From an archaeon (GTDB lineage: Archaea; Nanobdellota; Nanobdellia; Woesearchaeales; UBA9642), in assembly GCA_020057295.1 (NCBI GenBank), contig JAGVGF010000001.1, positions 96,001 through 160,000 on the forward strand: a DNA stretch of 64,000 bases. Reading direction: 5' to 3'. Below, piece after piece: positions 28,722 through 41,601 of this stretch. The position numbers and the translations under genes were made by a program. How positions within the stretch are numbered: position 1 is the stretch's first letter; the number at the start of each line of letters is the position of its first letter. A model generated the notes under the pieces. The model was not told the DNA's origin. It did not search any database and was given only the letters and a program-made list of their open reading frames with translations.

Positions 28722-31610
28722 TAACGGAATTGTTGGGTACTGCTGGCTGAATACCTCGTTACCTTGGTACTTACACCACAGTTCCATTAAACTCATCTTC
28801 TATGAGTATTCCTCACGTCTCTTTTCAAGGGGGGTTTCCGGCTTAGATGCTTTCAGCCGTTATCCCGTAACGCGTAGCTGCTCTGCATACCTTGTTAGAT
28901 AACAGATCGACCAGAGGCGTCGACCCATCGTTCCTCTCGTACTAAATGGATCTTCCTTTCAGACGTTATACATTCCCAGTAGTTATTAAACCAACTGCCT
29001 CACAGCGTTGTGAACCCAGCTAACATCCCTTTTAATGGGTGAACACCCCCACCCTTGGCCGCTTCTGCACGGCCAGGATAGGAAGAGCCGACAACGATGT
29101 AGCAAGCCGCGCCGTCGATGTGAACTCTCGGGCGCGACAACCCTGTTATCCCCGGAGTAACTTTTCGGTCAGCACTAGACCCCATCAAGGAGTCATAGTG
29201 GTTCGCTAGGCCCAAATTTCTTTACTGAGATCTATCTTATTAAGATATCAGTTAGGCTGGCTTTTGCCCTTGCACTCTACACCGGATTTCTGACCCGGTT
29301 GAGCCAACCATTGGGCACTCATGATATCCTTTCATGAGTATGCCGCCCCAGCTAAACTATCCACCTGCTACTGTTTCGATAAATCGATCAGCGGCGTAAA
29401 TCTCAAAGAGTGGTATTTCATCTTTCGCCTAAACACTACCTTGCAGCAGTGCCTCAAACAGCTTCCACCTATTCTACACATCAAGACTCGCGTCGCAATA
29501 ACAGGCTATAGTAAAGTTTCACGGGGTCTTCACGACCCACTGGAAATCTTCGGCCTTCACACCGAACAGAGTGTTCGGAAGGTTCTAGATAGGGACAGTG
29601 GACAACTCGTTACGCCATTCATGCACGTCGTCAATCAAACGACAAGGTATTTCGCTACCTTAAGAGAGTTATAGTTACCCCCGCTGTTTATCAGTCCTTA
29701 GCTCGATTGAAATCGAGTTTTAGATACTGACACTGAGCAGACGTCACCTACTATACAAGCCCTTACGGGTTAGCAGTAAGTTGTGTTTTTGTTAAACAGT
29801 CGGTCGTCCTTGATCTTTGCACCCTGTAATCGCACAAATACATGTACGAAAGCAGGGACCCCTTATCCCGAAGTTACGGGGCCATTTTGCCGAGTTCCCT
29901 TACCTAGATTATCCTTTCACACTTTAGGCTTCTCACCTAGGGGCACCAGTGCTGGTTCTTGGTACGAGTTATCAAGATTTATTCTAATTCTATTTTCATG
30001 GGCTCCAGGCATCAACCAGATACAACTTAAGTTATACTCATCAAAGCTTTAACCTGGTTCTCAATATAATATTACTCCCCAGGCTTATGCTTCTTAACAA
30101 TTATTCATTGCTGATCTAGCCCAAAACGTCTAAAATTAGACTTGCGTCACCGCACATACTTGACAAGTACAGGAATATTAACCTGTTTCCCTTTCCCGAA
30201 TATACTCGTTCTCCGAGCTCGGTTAGGATCGACTAACCCTTGGCTGATCTACATTGCCAAGGAACCCTTGCCCTTTCAGTGGCAGAGATTCTCACTCTGC
30301 TATGATCCTACTACCACCAGGATTTTTATTACAGGCAGATCCACAAATGCGTGTGCACTTGCTTCTGCTCTACCCATACACCGACCTACCACATTCATTA
30401 CTGAAGTCCATGGTATCGGTAGCTAATTTAGCCCCGTCCATTTTAGATGCTTACAATCTTGACGAGTAAGCTGTTACGCACTTTTTAAAGGGTTGCTGCT
30501 TCTAAGCAAACCTCCTCGCTGTCTATGATTGTAAACGATCTTCAACCCATAACACTTAAATAGCATTTAGGGACCTTAACCATGGTCTGGGTTGTTTCCC
30601 TCGAGGAGAACGAGTTTACCCCGCTCCCCCGTCTCCACACATCTACGACGTATTAGCATTCGGAGTTGGACAAGAAACCGAGTCCTTTCGAACCCTAAAT
30701 CTCTAATCCGTCTCTCTACCTCTAATACTATCTCCGTGCAGGTTTGACTGCGGCCAATTTCGATCGGAACCAGCTATCACCGGGTTCGATGGGCTTATCA
30801 CCCCTAATGTCATGTTACACAAACGCTTGCACACAGAACTGCTTCGGTCCTCCACCCCTTTTTACGGGGGCTTCAACCTACACAACATTAGATCACCCGG
30901 TTTCGGGTCGTATTCATGTGACTACATGGCACTTTAATACCATCCGCCTCATTGCTTGCGCGGAAATCGGTTTCCCTTCGCTTTCCTCCTTAACAGAGTT
31001 AAGCTTGCCACACAAATATACTCCCTGGCACGTTATTCAAAACGGACGATAGGCCTCCTAAGAGGACTATCATACTGTAACTATTAGGTTTCAAGGTCTT
31101 TGAACTCCCTGTTAGGGGTTCTTTTCAGCTTTCCCTCGCGGTACTTCTACGCTATCGGTCTCGAAACGTATTTAAGGTTAGAAGTTGATGACTCCCAGTT
31201 TCACGCCCCGTATCCAGGGAGCGCTACTCAGGATACACTCAAAATCCATTCATCTACTCTTACGGGACTATCACCCTTTACCGTCTGGCATTCCAGCCAA
31301 GTTCAGATCGAAGAATTAGGATAAAAGAATGTCCTACAACACCACATCTCTATTATATTACTATAACAGATTCAGTTTGCCTTATACTGCGTTCTCTCGC
31401 TGATACTAGCAGCATCTCTTTTGATTTCTTTTCCTGCGGGTACTAAGATGTTTCCATCCCCCGCGTTCGCCGTCCTTTAGGACTTATTGTGAAGTCACAT
31501 TCGGAAATCCTGGGTTCAAAGGTTACATGCACCTCGCCCAGGCTTATTGCAGCTTGTCGCATCCTTCATCACCGTATCGAGCCAAGCTATCCACCTAATA
31601 GTGTAATAGA
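28722..31610 (-). rRNA. rrl: 23S rRNA (ends approximate)
   Basis: GGTGGATAGCTTGGCTCG start, GGGATAACAGG PTC region and AGTACGAGAGGAAC sarcin-ricin loop; about 2.9 kb. Confidence 0.97.
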
Positions 31611-31915
31611 ATCTTATAAATTATTTTACGGATTCTTATCTAAGACAGATCTTTTCTATACACGGTCTCATCGAATATAATTTATGATAACTAGTCTTGT
31701 GTTATTCACGCGAATGAATAATTAGACTGAATATATTCTACACCAACCACCCGTTACATGTTATGTAACGAGTTTCTTTGCAAGAAACTTAACAAGCTTC
31801 CTGCATCCTAAAAATTTTTTCAAATCTTAGGGTCTCATGAAATAAATGAGTGTGAGTTATGATACTTTGTAAATTTTGTAATAAAAATAAAAATTTGGAA
31901 TGTGTGGAAACAAAA

Positions 31916-31989
31916 TGGACTGGTCGGGATTTGAACCCGAAGCCTCTCCCGTGCAAGGGGAGCGTTATACCAGGTTTAACTACCAGCCC
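31916..31989 (-). tRNA. tRNA-Ala(UGC) in the 16S-23S spacer
   Basis: CTCCC-CT-TGC-AC-GGGAG; G3:U70. Confidence 0.96.
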
Positions 31990-32172
31990 CCATGAATATA
32001 CACGGTAGCTTCCACAATTACCGTAATTGATTATGAAAACCACATGATCGCAAAAAGCGATTGTGGAATGAGATATGTAGGAATGTGTAATGCAGAATAA
32101 ATGTATTAATTATTATAATTTCTATATTGTGTACTATATGCACTGAATAGTATAATATAAAAAATAATTAAA

Positions 32173-33635
<1,463 letters not shown>

Positions 33636-33939
33636 TTACTTTACAATCCTTAATGTATATTCTAATAATTTAACTTAAATTTTATTCTAATTTAAATTTT
33701 AGAACTCATGCCGCTACATCTTTTTCTTATATTTGGGTCGCTTGACTTTATAGAAACTTAAATTAATCAAGGAAATCTATTATTTAATGTCATTATGCAT
33801 GACACATTCCTACATCATACTCGATTGTTATGTCAAGTACTCATTCAGTATGAATTTTTTTGAATATGTCTTACCGTTTACAGGATTTACAGACAGTTCA
33901 GAATGGAGGCGATTTGATAATAAAGGGAATTTTAGGTTA

Positions 33940-33954
33940 TTTATAAAAGTTTCG
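33940..33954 (-). promoter_or_regulatory. BRE/TATA promoter of the rRNA operon
   Basis: GCGAAAC-TTTTATAAA upstream of the 16S leader. Confidence 0.55.
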
Positions 33955-34217
33955 CTTGATTAAGCTCATCGTTTATAAATAAACAGTGATTATTTGAGAT
34001 TATAACAAAAAATACAGATAAAATAATAAAAACTTTAACCCACAACAAAATCCGACGTAAGTCGATAATTAAGGTAATGCTTTGTTCTATATAAACTTTA
34101 ATGAAACGTCGATAAACAACAATAAAAATCCTGTAGTAATAATTTATAGAAGAAAAAATATTCGTTAATAGAACTTAATAAGATAAAATATATAAAACAC
34201 TTAAAGAATTTCAATAT

Positions 34218-35165
34218 ATGAAAACAGTTTTAGTTACAGGCGGAGCAGGTTTTATTGGCAGTCATTTATGTAAATATTTACTTGATAAGAATTTTCACGT
34301 AATATGTATTGATAATTTTTTTACAGGAAGAAGAGAAAACATTCTGCCTCTTCTTGATAATCCTAATTTTGAATTAATACGTCATGATATTATTAATCCA
34401 ATACATTTGGAAGTTGATCAAATATATAATCTTGCATGTCCAGCATCTCCTCCTGCATATCAATATAATGCTATTAAAACAGTTAAAACTTCTACTGTTG
34501 GAATGATTAATATGTTAGGACTTGCAAAGAGAACAAAAGCAAGAATTTTACAAGCGTCAACTTCTGAAGTTTACGGTGATCCATTAATTCATCCTCAAAA
34601 AGAATCTTATTGGGGTAATGTAAATCCTATCGGTGTAAGAAGTTGCTATGATGAAGGCAAACGAATGGCAGAATGTTTATGTATGGATTATAATAGAATG
34701 AATAATGTTGATGTTAGAATTATTAGAATATTTAATACATATGGTCCAAACATGGATCCTAACGATGGACGAGTTGTTAGCAATTTTATAATGCAAGCTC
34801 TAAAAAACAAGGATATAACAATATACGGCAATGGTTCTCAAACAAGATCTTTCCAATATGTTACTGATTTAATTGACGGAATATATAAAATGATGAATCA
34901 AGATAATTTTATCGGTCCAGTAAATATAGGTAATCCGAACGAATTTACAATAAAAGAATTAGCAGAAAAAATAATAAAAATAACAGGAAGCAAATCAAAA
35001 ATAATTTACAAAGCTTTACCTTCCGACGATCCAAAACAGAGACAACCAGATATAAGTTTAGCAAAAGAAAAATTAGATTGGGAACCAAAAATTTCTTTAG
35101 ACGAAGGATTAGTAAAAACCATAGAATATTTCAAAAAAGAAATTGAAAGAAGTAATACAAAATAA
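34218..35165 (+). CDS. UDP-glucuronate decarboxylase (UDP-xylose synthase)
   Basis: [26 protein letters not shown] and CYDEGKR motifs. Confidence 0.95.
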   Translation: MKTVLVTGGAGFIGSHLCKYLLDKNFHVICIDNFFTGRRENILPLLDNPNFELIRHDIINPIHLEVDQIYNLACPASPPAYQYNAIKTVKTSTVGMINMLGLAKRTKARILQASTSEVYGDPLIHPQKESYWGNVNPIGVRSCYDEGKRMAECLCMDYNRMNNVDVRIIRIFNTYGPNMDPNDGRVVSNFIMQALKNKDITIYGNGSQTRSFQYVTDLIDGIYKMMNQDNFIGPVNIGNPNEFTIKELAEKIIKITGSKSKIIYKALPSDDPKQRQPDISLAKEKLDWEPKISLDEGLVKTIEYFKKEIERSNTK

Positions 35166-35192
35166 TATTCTAAACTAAAAAATATATAACAA

Positions 35193-35516
35193 TTATTCTT
35201 TATCATCAACTGTAAATAATGTTGAATCATGTACATCAAATAATCCTATTCTTGCTCCTGCATCGAGCCAGCCATGCGCATAATTTAATGCACCAAATGC
35301 AAGAACGTAATCATTATGTTTCATAAAATGTCCTGCATCACTATAATATCTAGAAGCCATGTCAAAAAAATCTTTAGCTTCTTTATGTCTTTTTTTATCC
35401 ATTGCAATCTCGCACATTTTCAAAGCTTTGCCTGTTATTTCAAAATATCTTTCTAATTTATCTTTTGTAATTTTATCAATAATATTAGTATATTCACTAT
35501 CATCTATATCATACAT
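35193..35516 (-). CDS. DUF357 protein
   Basis: YYSDAGHF...YAHGWLDAGARIGLF. Confidence 0.88.
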   Translation of the reverse strand: MYDIDDSEYTNIIDKITKDKLERYFEITGKALKMCEIAMDKKRHKEAKDFFDMASRYYSDAGHFMKHNDYVLAFGALNYAHGWLDAGARIGLFDVHDSTLFTVDDKE

Positions 35517-35541
35517 CTGAACACCTCAATAACAAATAATA

Positions 35542-35892
35542 TTATACTCCTCTAATCAAATCTCGGCTTGTTAAGTATTCTTCAAATTTCACTTCATCGA
35601 GTTTTGTGTTTAAACTTTCAAATTCCTCTTTTTTTAAGGCAGTTTTCAAGTCTTTGCTTAAACCAATCATTTCCATGATACACTTATTAAATATACTTTT
35701 TATAGAGGATATATCACTCTTGAAATTTTTTAACTCAGTACTTAAATTATCAAAATCTGTTATGCGTTTTTTACCTAAATTATTTACTTGAGTTTCTATA
35801 TATGCAGCATCTTTTTCTAAACTTGTTATTCTCTTATCTATTCTGTAAAGAAAATCATATACAGGCGAATAGTCGATTGTTTGATCTGCCAT
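35542..35892 (-). CDS. hypothetical coiled-coil protein
   Basis: heptad-rich ORF. Confidence 0.7.
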   Translation of the reverse strand: MADQTIDYSPVYDFLYRIDKRITSLEKDAAYIETQVNNLGKKRITDFDNLSTELKNFKSDISSIKSIFNKCIMEMIGLSKDLKTALKKEEFESLNTKLDEVKFEEYLTSRDLIRGV

Positions 35893-36051
35893 AGTATTTT
35901 ATTTATACTCATATTTATAATTTTAACTAAATAAATAATATGAATCATAGTATAAACTAAATATTTTCTGTTTTAACTTTGCAGATAAAACAAAAGCTTT
36001 AAATAGTATAAATATCTAATCCTCAATAATAATGACAAAAAGGGGTGTGTT

Positions 36052-37965
36052 ATGCAGGATATAGAACCTCCAGAGGTTCCTATAGATGTAGTATCTACAG
36101 AGACTGTTGCTATTCAAGAGTCTAAGAAGGAAGGATTCTTTAAAAAATTATTTTCTAAAAAAGAATCTTCGCTCCAAGAAACACAAGGAATAGATTTACC
36201 TACAAACATTAGTAATACTACAAATACATCATCAGATTATAATACTCAAACATTAAATAATACAAATTTTTTAGATAACAATATGCCATCACTTCCTCCA
36301 TTAAATGAACAATTAAATAAAATAATTAATAACCCTTCTGAATCTAAAGATAAGAATTTAGGTAAATCAAGAGGAAAGAAAAAGAAAGGCACACAATCCA
36401 AAATGGATTCTGTAGATGTTAAGAATAAATTTAATTGGAGTACTCCAATTAAGAGTCAAGAAGAAATAATAATGGATAATGTTAAAAATATTGATATGAA
36501 GGTAACTGCTAAAAGCAAGGGTAAAAAAAAGAAAGGAGAAAATGTTTTATTAACACCTTTTGATGAATCAGGACAATTTGATTGGTCTAGAGAAGTTAGA
36601 CAACAAGAAATACTAGTTCATGATAATGCAAGATATAATCAAGATGTTTCTGTATTAATAAAACAAGCAGACACACACATAGAAAATAAAGAACAAGTTA
36701 CTAGCTCAAACACATTATTATCCGAACACCAAGATATAAATCCAAGTTTTGATCAGATAAGCATTCCAGAAACACACACTGAATTAAACAACATGATGAA
36801 TGCAGAATTACCACAGTCTACAACATTAACCATACCAGCGCAACAAATTCAAGAAAATCCTGTGCAGAACGCGCAAATAATCACAGACATGCCAATAATG
36901 AATTCAGAAGAACATAAAGAGTTCAAAAAAATTAGTGCTAGTCATCAAAAGTTAAGAAAAATTTTAGAGAAAGGATTAAATAATAAAAAATTCTTAGATA
37001 ACAAAGCAAGATTAAAAGAATTATTAAAAGCATACGATGAAAGTATAGAAAAGAAAATAGAAAATAAAGAAGGAGAACTAAGTTCAAAACATAACAAATT
37101 AGAAATATGGCATTCACAACTTACATTACAAGAATCTGGTGTGAAAAAATTACACACATACCTTAAAAATTTAGATAAAAAATTAAAATCTAGAGAAGAT
37201 AAAATTAATGAAATAATATCAACAACCGTCAATAAAGAATTATTAAGAAGAACTGTTGCTGAAAAGAAAATGTTAAAAGAAGAATTAAATAAAACTTCTA
37301 AATTAAATAATGAATTAAAATCCAAAGTAAAAATTATAGAAAAAGACAAGATTGTTTTTGAACATGAACATAAGAACATGATGGAGACTGAACGTAAAAA
37401 ATTATCAGGATTACAGACGATGTACGACAAGAAATTATTAGAATTGGAAAAAGATCGTAGAGAATTTGAAAGTCGAAGAAACAATGCATTGTCATTGTTA
37501 AGTCAGGCAGATAATGTATCCAGAGAGTTAGATGATGTAAAACGAATGAAAGAGTTTATAGAAAAGAACAGAAAAGTTATCAAGAAAGAATTAGATGAAG
37601 ATAAAGAGTTAAAAAGAGCTATTGATAGAGGAGAAATCACACTAAAGAGAGAAAAAGAGAATCTTGACAGTTTAGTGTTTTCGAAGTATCTTGAAAAAAA
37701 ATTGAAGGGAATAAAACCTGAACTCACTGATGAAAAAGGAGAATTAAAAATCGAGTTAGATAATAATCCATTATATCAGCAAGTCAAACAATGTAGTGTA
37801 ATGCTAACGCAAGGAAATATCGAAGGCGCAAAACAACTGTATAATAAAATTAAAAGATCGTTTGAATATTCTGGACTTCCAAAAAGAGAGAGAGAAATAT
37901 TACACACAGCAATTAGAGAGTTGTATAACGATATACAATTAAAGATTGTAGAAACAGAGTTATAA
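36052..37965 (+). CDS. large disordered/coiled-coil hypothetical protein
   Basis: 637 aa; low-complexity N half, long coiled coil and C-terminal helical bundle. Confidence 0.8.
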   Translation: MQDIEPPEVPIDVVSTETVAIQESKKEGFFKKLFSKKESSLQETQGIDLPTNISNTTNTSSDYNTQTLNNTNFLDNNMPSLPPLNEQLNKIINNPSESKDKNLGKSRGKKKKGTQSKMDSVDVKNKFNWSTPIKSQEEIIMDNVKNIDMKVTAKSKGKKKKGENVLLTPFDESGQFDWSREVRQQEILVHDNARYNQDVSVLIKQADTHIENKEQVTSSNTLLSEHQDINPSFDQISIPETHTELNNMMNAELPQSTTLTIPAQQIQENPVQNAQIITDMPIMNSEEHKEFKKISASHQKLRKILEKGLNNKKFLDNKARLKELLKAYDESIEKKIENKEGELSSKHNKLEIWHSQLTLQESGVKKLHTYLKNLDKKLKSREDKINEIISTTVNKELLRRTVAEKKMLKEELNKTSKLNNELKSKVKIIEKDKIVFEHEHKNMMETERKKLSGLQTMYDKKLLELEKDRREFESRRNNALSLLSQADNVSRELDDVKRMKEFIEKNRKVIKKELDEDKELKRAIDRGEITLKREKENLDSLVFSKYLEKKLKGIKPELTDEKGELKIELDNNPLYQQVKQCSVMLTQGNIEGAKQLYNKIKRSFEYSGLPKREREILHTAIRELYNDIQLKIVETEL

Positions 37966-38053
37966 ACATTATACTGTTGTCAAAATCACAATATTTATAA
38001 AACGTTTGTTGTTTCTAGGATAATAATTATTCGGTGCTAGTTAGGAGACCAAG

Positions 38054-38254
38054 ATGTACGAATTCGATGAAAATCCAAGTTTATTGACGAGGTTTAAGAG
38101 TTTTATACGTGAATGTGTTCGCGTATTTAAGATTACTAAAAAACCTACCCGTGAAGAGTATAAAACTATTAGTAAAATAGCAGGGTTAGGAATATTAGTT
38201 ATAGGATTACTGGGCTTTCTAGTGCATTTAGTTAAAGTGCTAGTATTTAGTTAA
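38054..38254 (+). CDS. secE: protein translocase SecE/Sec61 gamma
   Basis: RVFKITKKPTREEY followed by a TM helix. Confidence 0.94.
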   Translation: MYEFDENPSLLTRFKSFIRECVRVFKITKKPTREEYKTISKIAGLGILVIGLLGFLVHLVKVLVFS

Positions 38255-38264
38255 TGGTGTAAAA

Positions 38265-38750
38265 ATGGATGAATCTACTGAGACAAAAATCTATTGTTTA
38301 AGAACTACTGCTAATCGTGAAGATCAAGTTATGGACTTTGTTGTTAGCAACGCTGATAGGAAAAAGATTTCTATTAATGCTGTTATTAGACCACATGGTT
38401 TAAGAGGATACATTTTCATTGAAGCACCTAACAAAGCTACTGCCGAGCAAGCTGCTTTTGGTATTCCATATGCTAGAGGAATATTAGCTAGTGACATTAA
38501 ATATACTGAAATAGAACATATGCTTGAACAAGTCAAGAAAGAAATGAATATTCAGAAAAATGATATTGCTGAAATTATTTCAGGCGCATTCAAGAGAGAA
38601 AAATGTAAGATTACACGTGTAGATAAAGTTAAGGAAGAGGCTGTTGTAGAATTATTAGAAGCAGCTGTTCCAATTCCTATAACATTAAAACTTGATGCTT
38701 TAAAAGTTATTCGTAGAGAAGGCGAAGAGTCAGACGAGGATATTAATTAA
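38265..38750 (+). CDS. spt5: transcription elongation factor Spt5
   Basis: NGN (LRGYIFIEA) and KOW (IISGAFK) domains. Confidence 0.95.
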   Translation: MDESTETKIYCLRTTANREDQVMDFVVSNADRKKISINAVIRPHGLRGYIFIEAPNKATAEQAAFGIPYARGILASDIKYTEIEHMLEQVKKEMNIQKNDIAEIISGAFKREKCKITRVDKVKEEAVVELLEAAVPIPITLKLDALKVIRREGEESDEDIN

Positions 38751-38765
38751 TAATTGGGTGATTTT

Positions 38766-39509
38766 ATGGGTAAACAATCTGTTGATGCTTTAATAAACGG
38801 TGGCCAAGCTAGTGCAGCACCACCATTAGGACCTGCTTTAGGTCCATTAGGAGTAAATATTGGTCAAGTAATAGTTGAAATTAATAAAAAGACAGCATCA
38901 TTTAAGGGTATGCAAGTTCCAATCAAAGTTACTGTTGATACTGATACAAAAGCTTTTGAGATTAGTGTAGGAACTCCTCCAGCTTCTGGATTATTATTAA
39001 AAGAAGCAGGAATAGAAAAAGGTTCTGGTAAACCTCAGAAGGATAAAGTTGCTGATATCTTAATCGAGCAAATTATTAAAGTTGCTAAGATGAAAGAAGA
39101 TGCTTTACTTGGTAAAACATTAAAATCTAAAGTTAAAGAAGTCATTGGTACAGCTAATAGTTTAGGTATGCTAGTAGAAGGTATGAATGCTAAAGATGCT
39201 ATTAAAGCTGTTGATGCAGGAAAATTCGATGCTGAGATAAAAGCTGAAAAGACAGAATTGACTGCTGATGAAATGAAGAAACTTCAAGAAGAGAAGAAGA
39301 GATTACAAGAAGATATAGAAAAGAGACATGCTGACGAGTTGAAGAAGGCAACAGATATTGTTGAATCCTTAAAAGGAAAAGAGAAATCTGTTATTAAAGC
39401 TAAACTTCACGAAGCAGGTATCCCTGAAGATCTTATCAAGAAGTTATTGCCTGCCGATGTCGCTGCATCAGCTGGTGAAGCTAAGGGTAAGGCTCCAGCT
39501 AAGAAGTAA
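38766..39509 (+). CDS. rpl11: ribosomal protein uL11 with a C-terminal extension
   Basis: GGQASAAPPLGPALGPLG motif. Confidence 0.95.
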   Translation: MGKQSVDALINGGQASAAPPLGPALGPLGVNIGQVIVEINKKTASFKGMQVPIKVTVDTDTKAFEISVGTPPASGLLLKEAGIEKGSGKPQKDKVADILIEQIIKVAKMKEDALLGKTLKSKVKEVIGTANSLGMLVEGMNAKDAIKAVDAGKFDAEIKAEKTELTADEMKKLQEEKKRLQEDIEKRHADELKKATDIVESLKGKEKSVIKAKLHEAGIPEDLIKKLLPADVAASAGEAKGKAPAKK

Positions 39510-39742
39510 TCTTAGATTTTTTATTTTTTTATTAAATTTTTATTTTCTCATTAATATTTTCTAGAAGGAAATTTCAATTATATAAGAACATACGTGATTT
39601 AAAATAATAAAAAATACGATTTTTTGGGATTAAAAATTACAAAATAAACTCTTTATTTGACTTAAAATAATTTTTAATAATAAAAAGATTTATAAATATC
39701 AACATTCAGTATTCACGTATAATACTTTAAGAGGTGTGTATC

Positions 39743-40207
39743 ATGAATAAGAAAGGTTCTATGGAATTGAGTGTGAACTCAATCGTCATTCTTGTTATAG
39801 CAATTGTGATGTTAGGATTAATACTAGGATTTGTAAAATCAAAATTTTCAGATGTAGGAAAAGGTCTAGATTCTAAGGAACCAGACGCACCACAACCATC
39901 TGCATCAGAACCATTAACATTATCAAGAACTGAATTATTAGTAAGTCCTGGAGATACTGGTGCATTGAAAATAAGAATATTTAATCCGAGCGTTTCTCCC
40001 ACAGTTGGCACGTATCCAAATATAACTTGTACGGCTATGAGCAATGTTCTATATACTGCAAGAGATTTAAAGGCAGCTACTGAAGGTAATTATATTGTAA
40101 GTTTCGCAATTCCATCAAGTAAAGCTAAAAGTAGTTACTTGTGTCAAGTCAATGCTAGTAACATAGGAGAAGTAAATCCAGTAGATTTCGTCGTTAAGGT
40201 GCAATAG
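39743..40207 (+). CDS. class III signal peptide pilin-like protein
   Basis: KKG/SMELSVNSIVILVIA; GAGGTG SD. Confidence 0.85.
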   Translation: MNKKGSMELSVNSIVILVIAIVMLGLILGFVKSKFSDVGKGLDSKEPDAPQPSASEPLTLSRTELLVSPGDTGALKIRIFNPSVSPTVGTYPNITCTAMSNVLYTARDLKAATEGNYIVSFAIPSSKAKSSYLCQVNASNIGEVNPVDFVVKVQ

Positions 40208-40218
40208 AGGTGTTTATT

Positions 40219-40710
40219 ATGAATAAGAAAGGTTCTATGGAATTGAGTGTAAACTCAATCGTCATTCTAGTAATTGCTATAGTAATGTTAGGATTAATAC
40301 TAGGATTTGTAAGAACAAAATTTTCAGATGTAGGAAAGGGAATAAATTCTAAAGAACCAGATGCACCATCAGCATCTGCATCAGAACCAATCACCTTATC
40401 AAGAAATGAAATCTTAGCAAGTCCTGGAGATAGTATTGCATTGAAAGTTAACATTTTCAATCCTGATACTGGAAATTATAGTACTGTACAACCAATACTT
40501 GTCTGTAGTGGAACTGATCCAACAACTAACAAACAAACTAATAATAAAAGTATAACAGCAGCTAAACAAGGAACATACATACTAAATTTTAATATTCCTG
40601 CAAGTACTGTGAAAAGCAATTATTTGTGTACAGTTAAAGCATCTAACGATGGTGGTACAACAAGCATTATTAACATTTCACAGGCAGATGTAGTTATCAA
40701 GATTGAGTAA
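40219..40710 (+). CDS. class III signal peptide pilin-like protein (tandem paralog)
   Basis: N-terminus nearly identical to 39743..40207. Confidence 0.85.
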   Translation: MNKKGSMELSVNSIVILVIAIVMLGLILGFVRTKFSDVGKGINSKEPDAPSASASEPITLSRNEILASPGDSIALKVNIFNPDTGNYSTVQPILVCSGTDPTTNKQTNNKSITAAKQGTYILNFNIPASTVKSNYLCTVKASNDGGTTSIINISQADVVIKIE

Positions 40711-40723
40711 GGAGGAGATTTTC

Positions 40724-40945
40724 ATGAAAAGACATTTAACAAGACAAGAAGAATTTGACATTTTAAAAATAGTATTAGACAAATTTTTATTATTAGGAGT
40801 ATTCCTACTAGCTTACGGATTATATAAGATTATAGAATCCACCACAAGTATATTGATGGGTGTTGCTGTAATGCTTGGTGGAGTAGTACTACTAATATTA
40901 TTAACAGTATTATTAGTTAGAGAATACGAGTTCATCAAAAACTAA
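40724..40945 (+). CDS. small two-TM hypothetical protein
   Basis: GGAGGAG SD before ATG; two hydrophobic helices. Confidence 0.75.
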   Translation: MKRHLTRQEEFDILKIVLDKFLLLGVFLLAYGLYKIIESTTSILMGVAVMLGGVVLLILLTVLLVREYEFIKN

Positions 40946-41000
40946 TTTTGGTTTGAATAAAACCAAAACTTTTTATTCTATTATCTTTTTATTTTAAAAA

Positions 41001-41579
41001 ATGAACACTAAAGGCGCTATTGAACTTTCTGCAAACTTTATCGTTGTAATTATAATATCTATGGTAATACTTGCTGGGGGAATAGGAATATTCTTCAAGC
41101 TTAAGGCTAGTGCCCAAAGTTATGTCGATAAATTAGATGGTCAGACTCAAGACAGATTAAAGAGCATGATGCTTAGCAATAATTATAAAACAGCTATTTT
41201 TCCAAGTGATCCTGTAATTAAAAGAGGAGATTCACAATTAATAGGCATAGGAATAACAAATATTTATGATTATAAGAATACATTTTATATTAAAACAAGC
41301 AATAATCTTATGAAATATTATGCAGGACCTGACGCAACTGCTCAACTTGCAACTGCGGTTACTCCTTCTAGCATTCCTGCAGACTTTGTTAATCCTCTTA
41401 CCGGTACAACAATAGGCAGTATATCTATTAATCCGCATGATCAACAGAGTAAAGGCGTTCTATTAAAGATACCGAAGAATGCACCAAAAGGACAGTATAT
41501 ATACACATTTAATATAACTAATAGCAGTGTAAACGGTGCACAATACGGTATATTACAAGTTTATGTTAGTGTGCCTTAG
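41001..41579 (+). CDS. class III signal peptide pilin-like protein
   Basis: KG/AIELSANFIVVIII. Confidence 0.8.
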   Translation: MNTKGAIELSANFIVVIIISMVILAGGIGIFFKLKASAQSYVDKLDGQTQDRLKSMMLSNNYKTAIFPSDPVIKRGDSQLIGIGITNIYDYKNTFYIKTSNNLMKYYAGPDATAQLATAVTPSSIPADFVNPLTGTTIGSISINPHDQQSKGVLLKIPKNAPKGQYIYTFNITNSSVNGAQYGILQVYVSVP

Positions 41580-41601
41580 GATAATAAAAATATTTAAGAA
41601 T

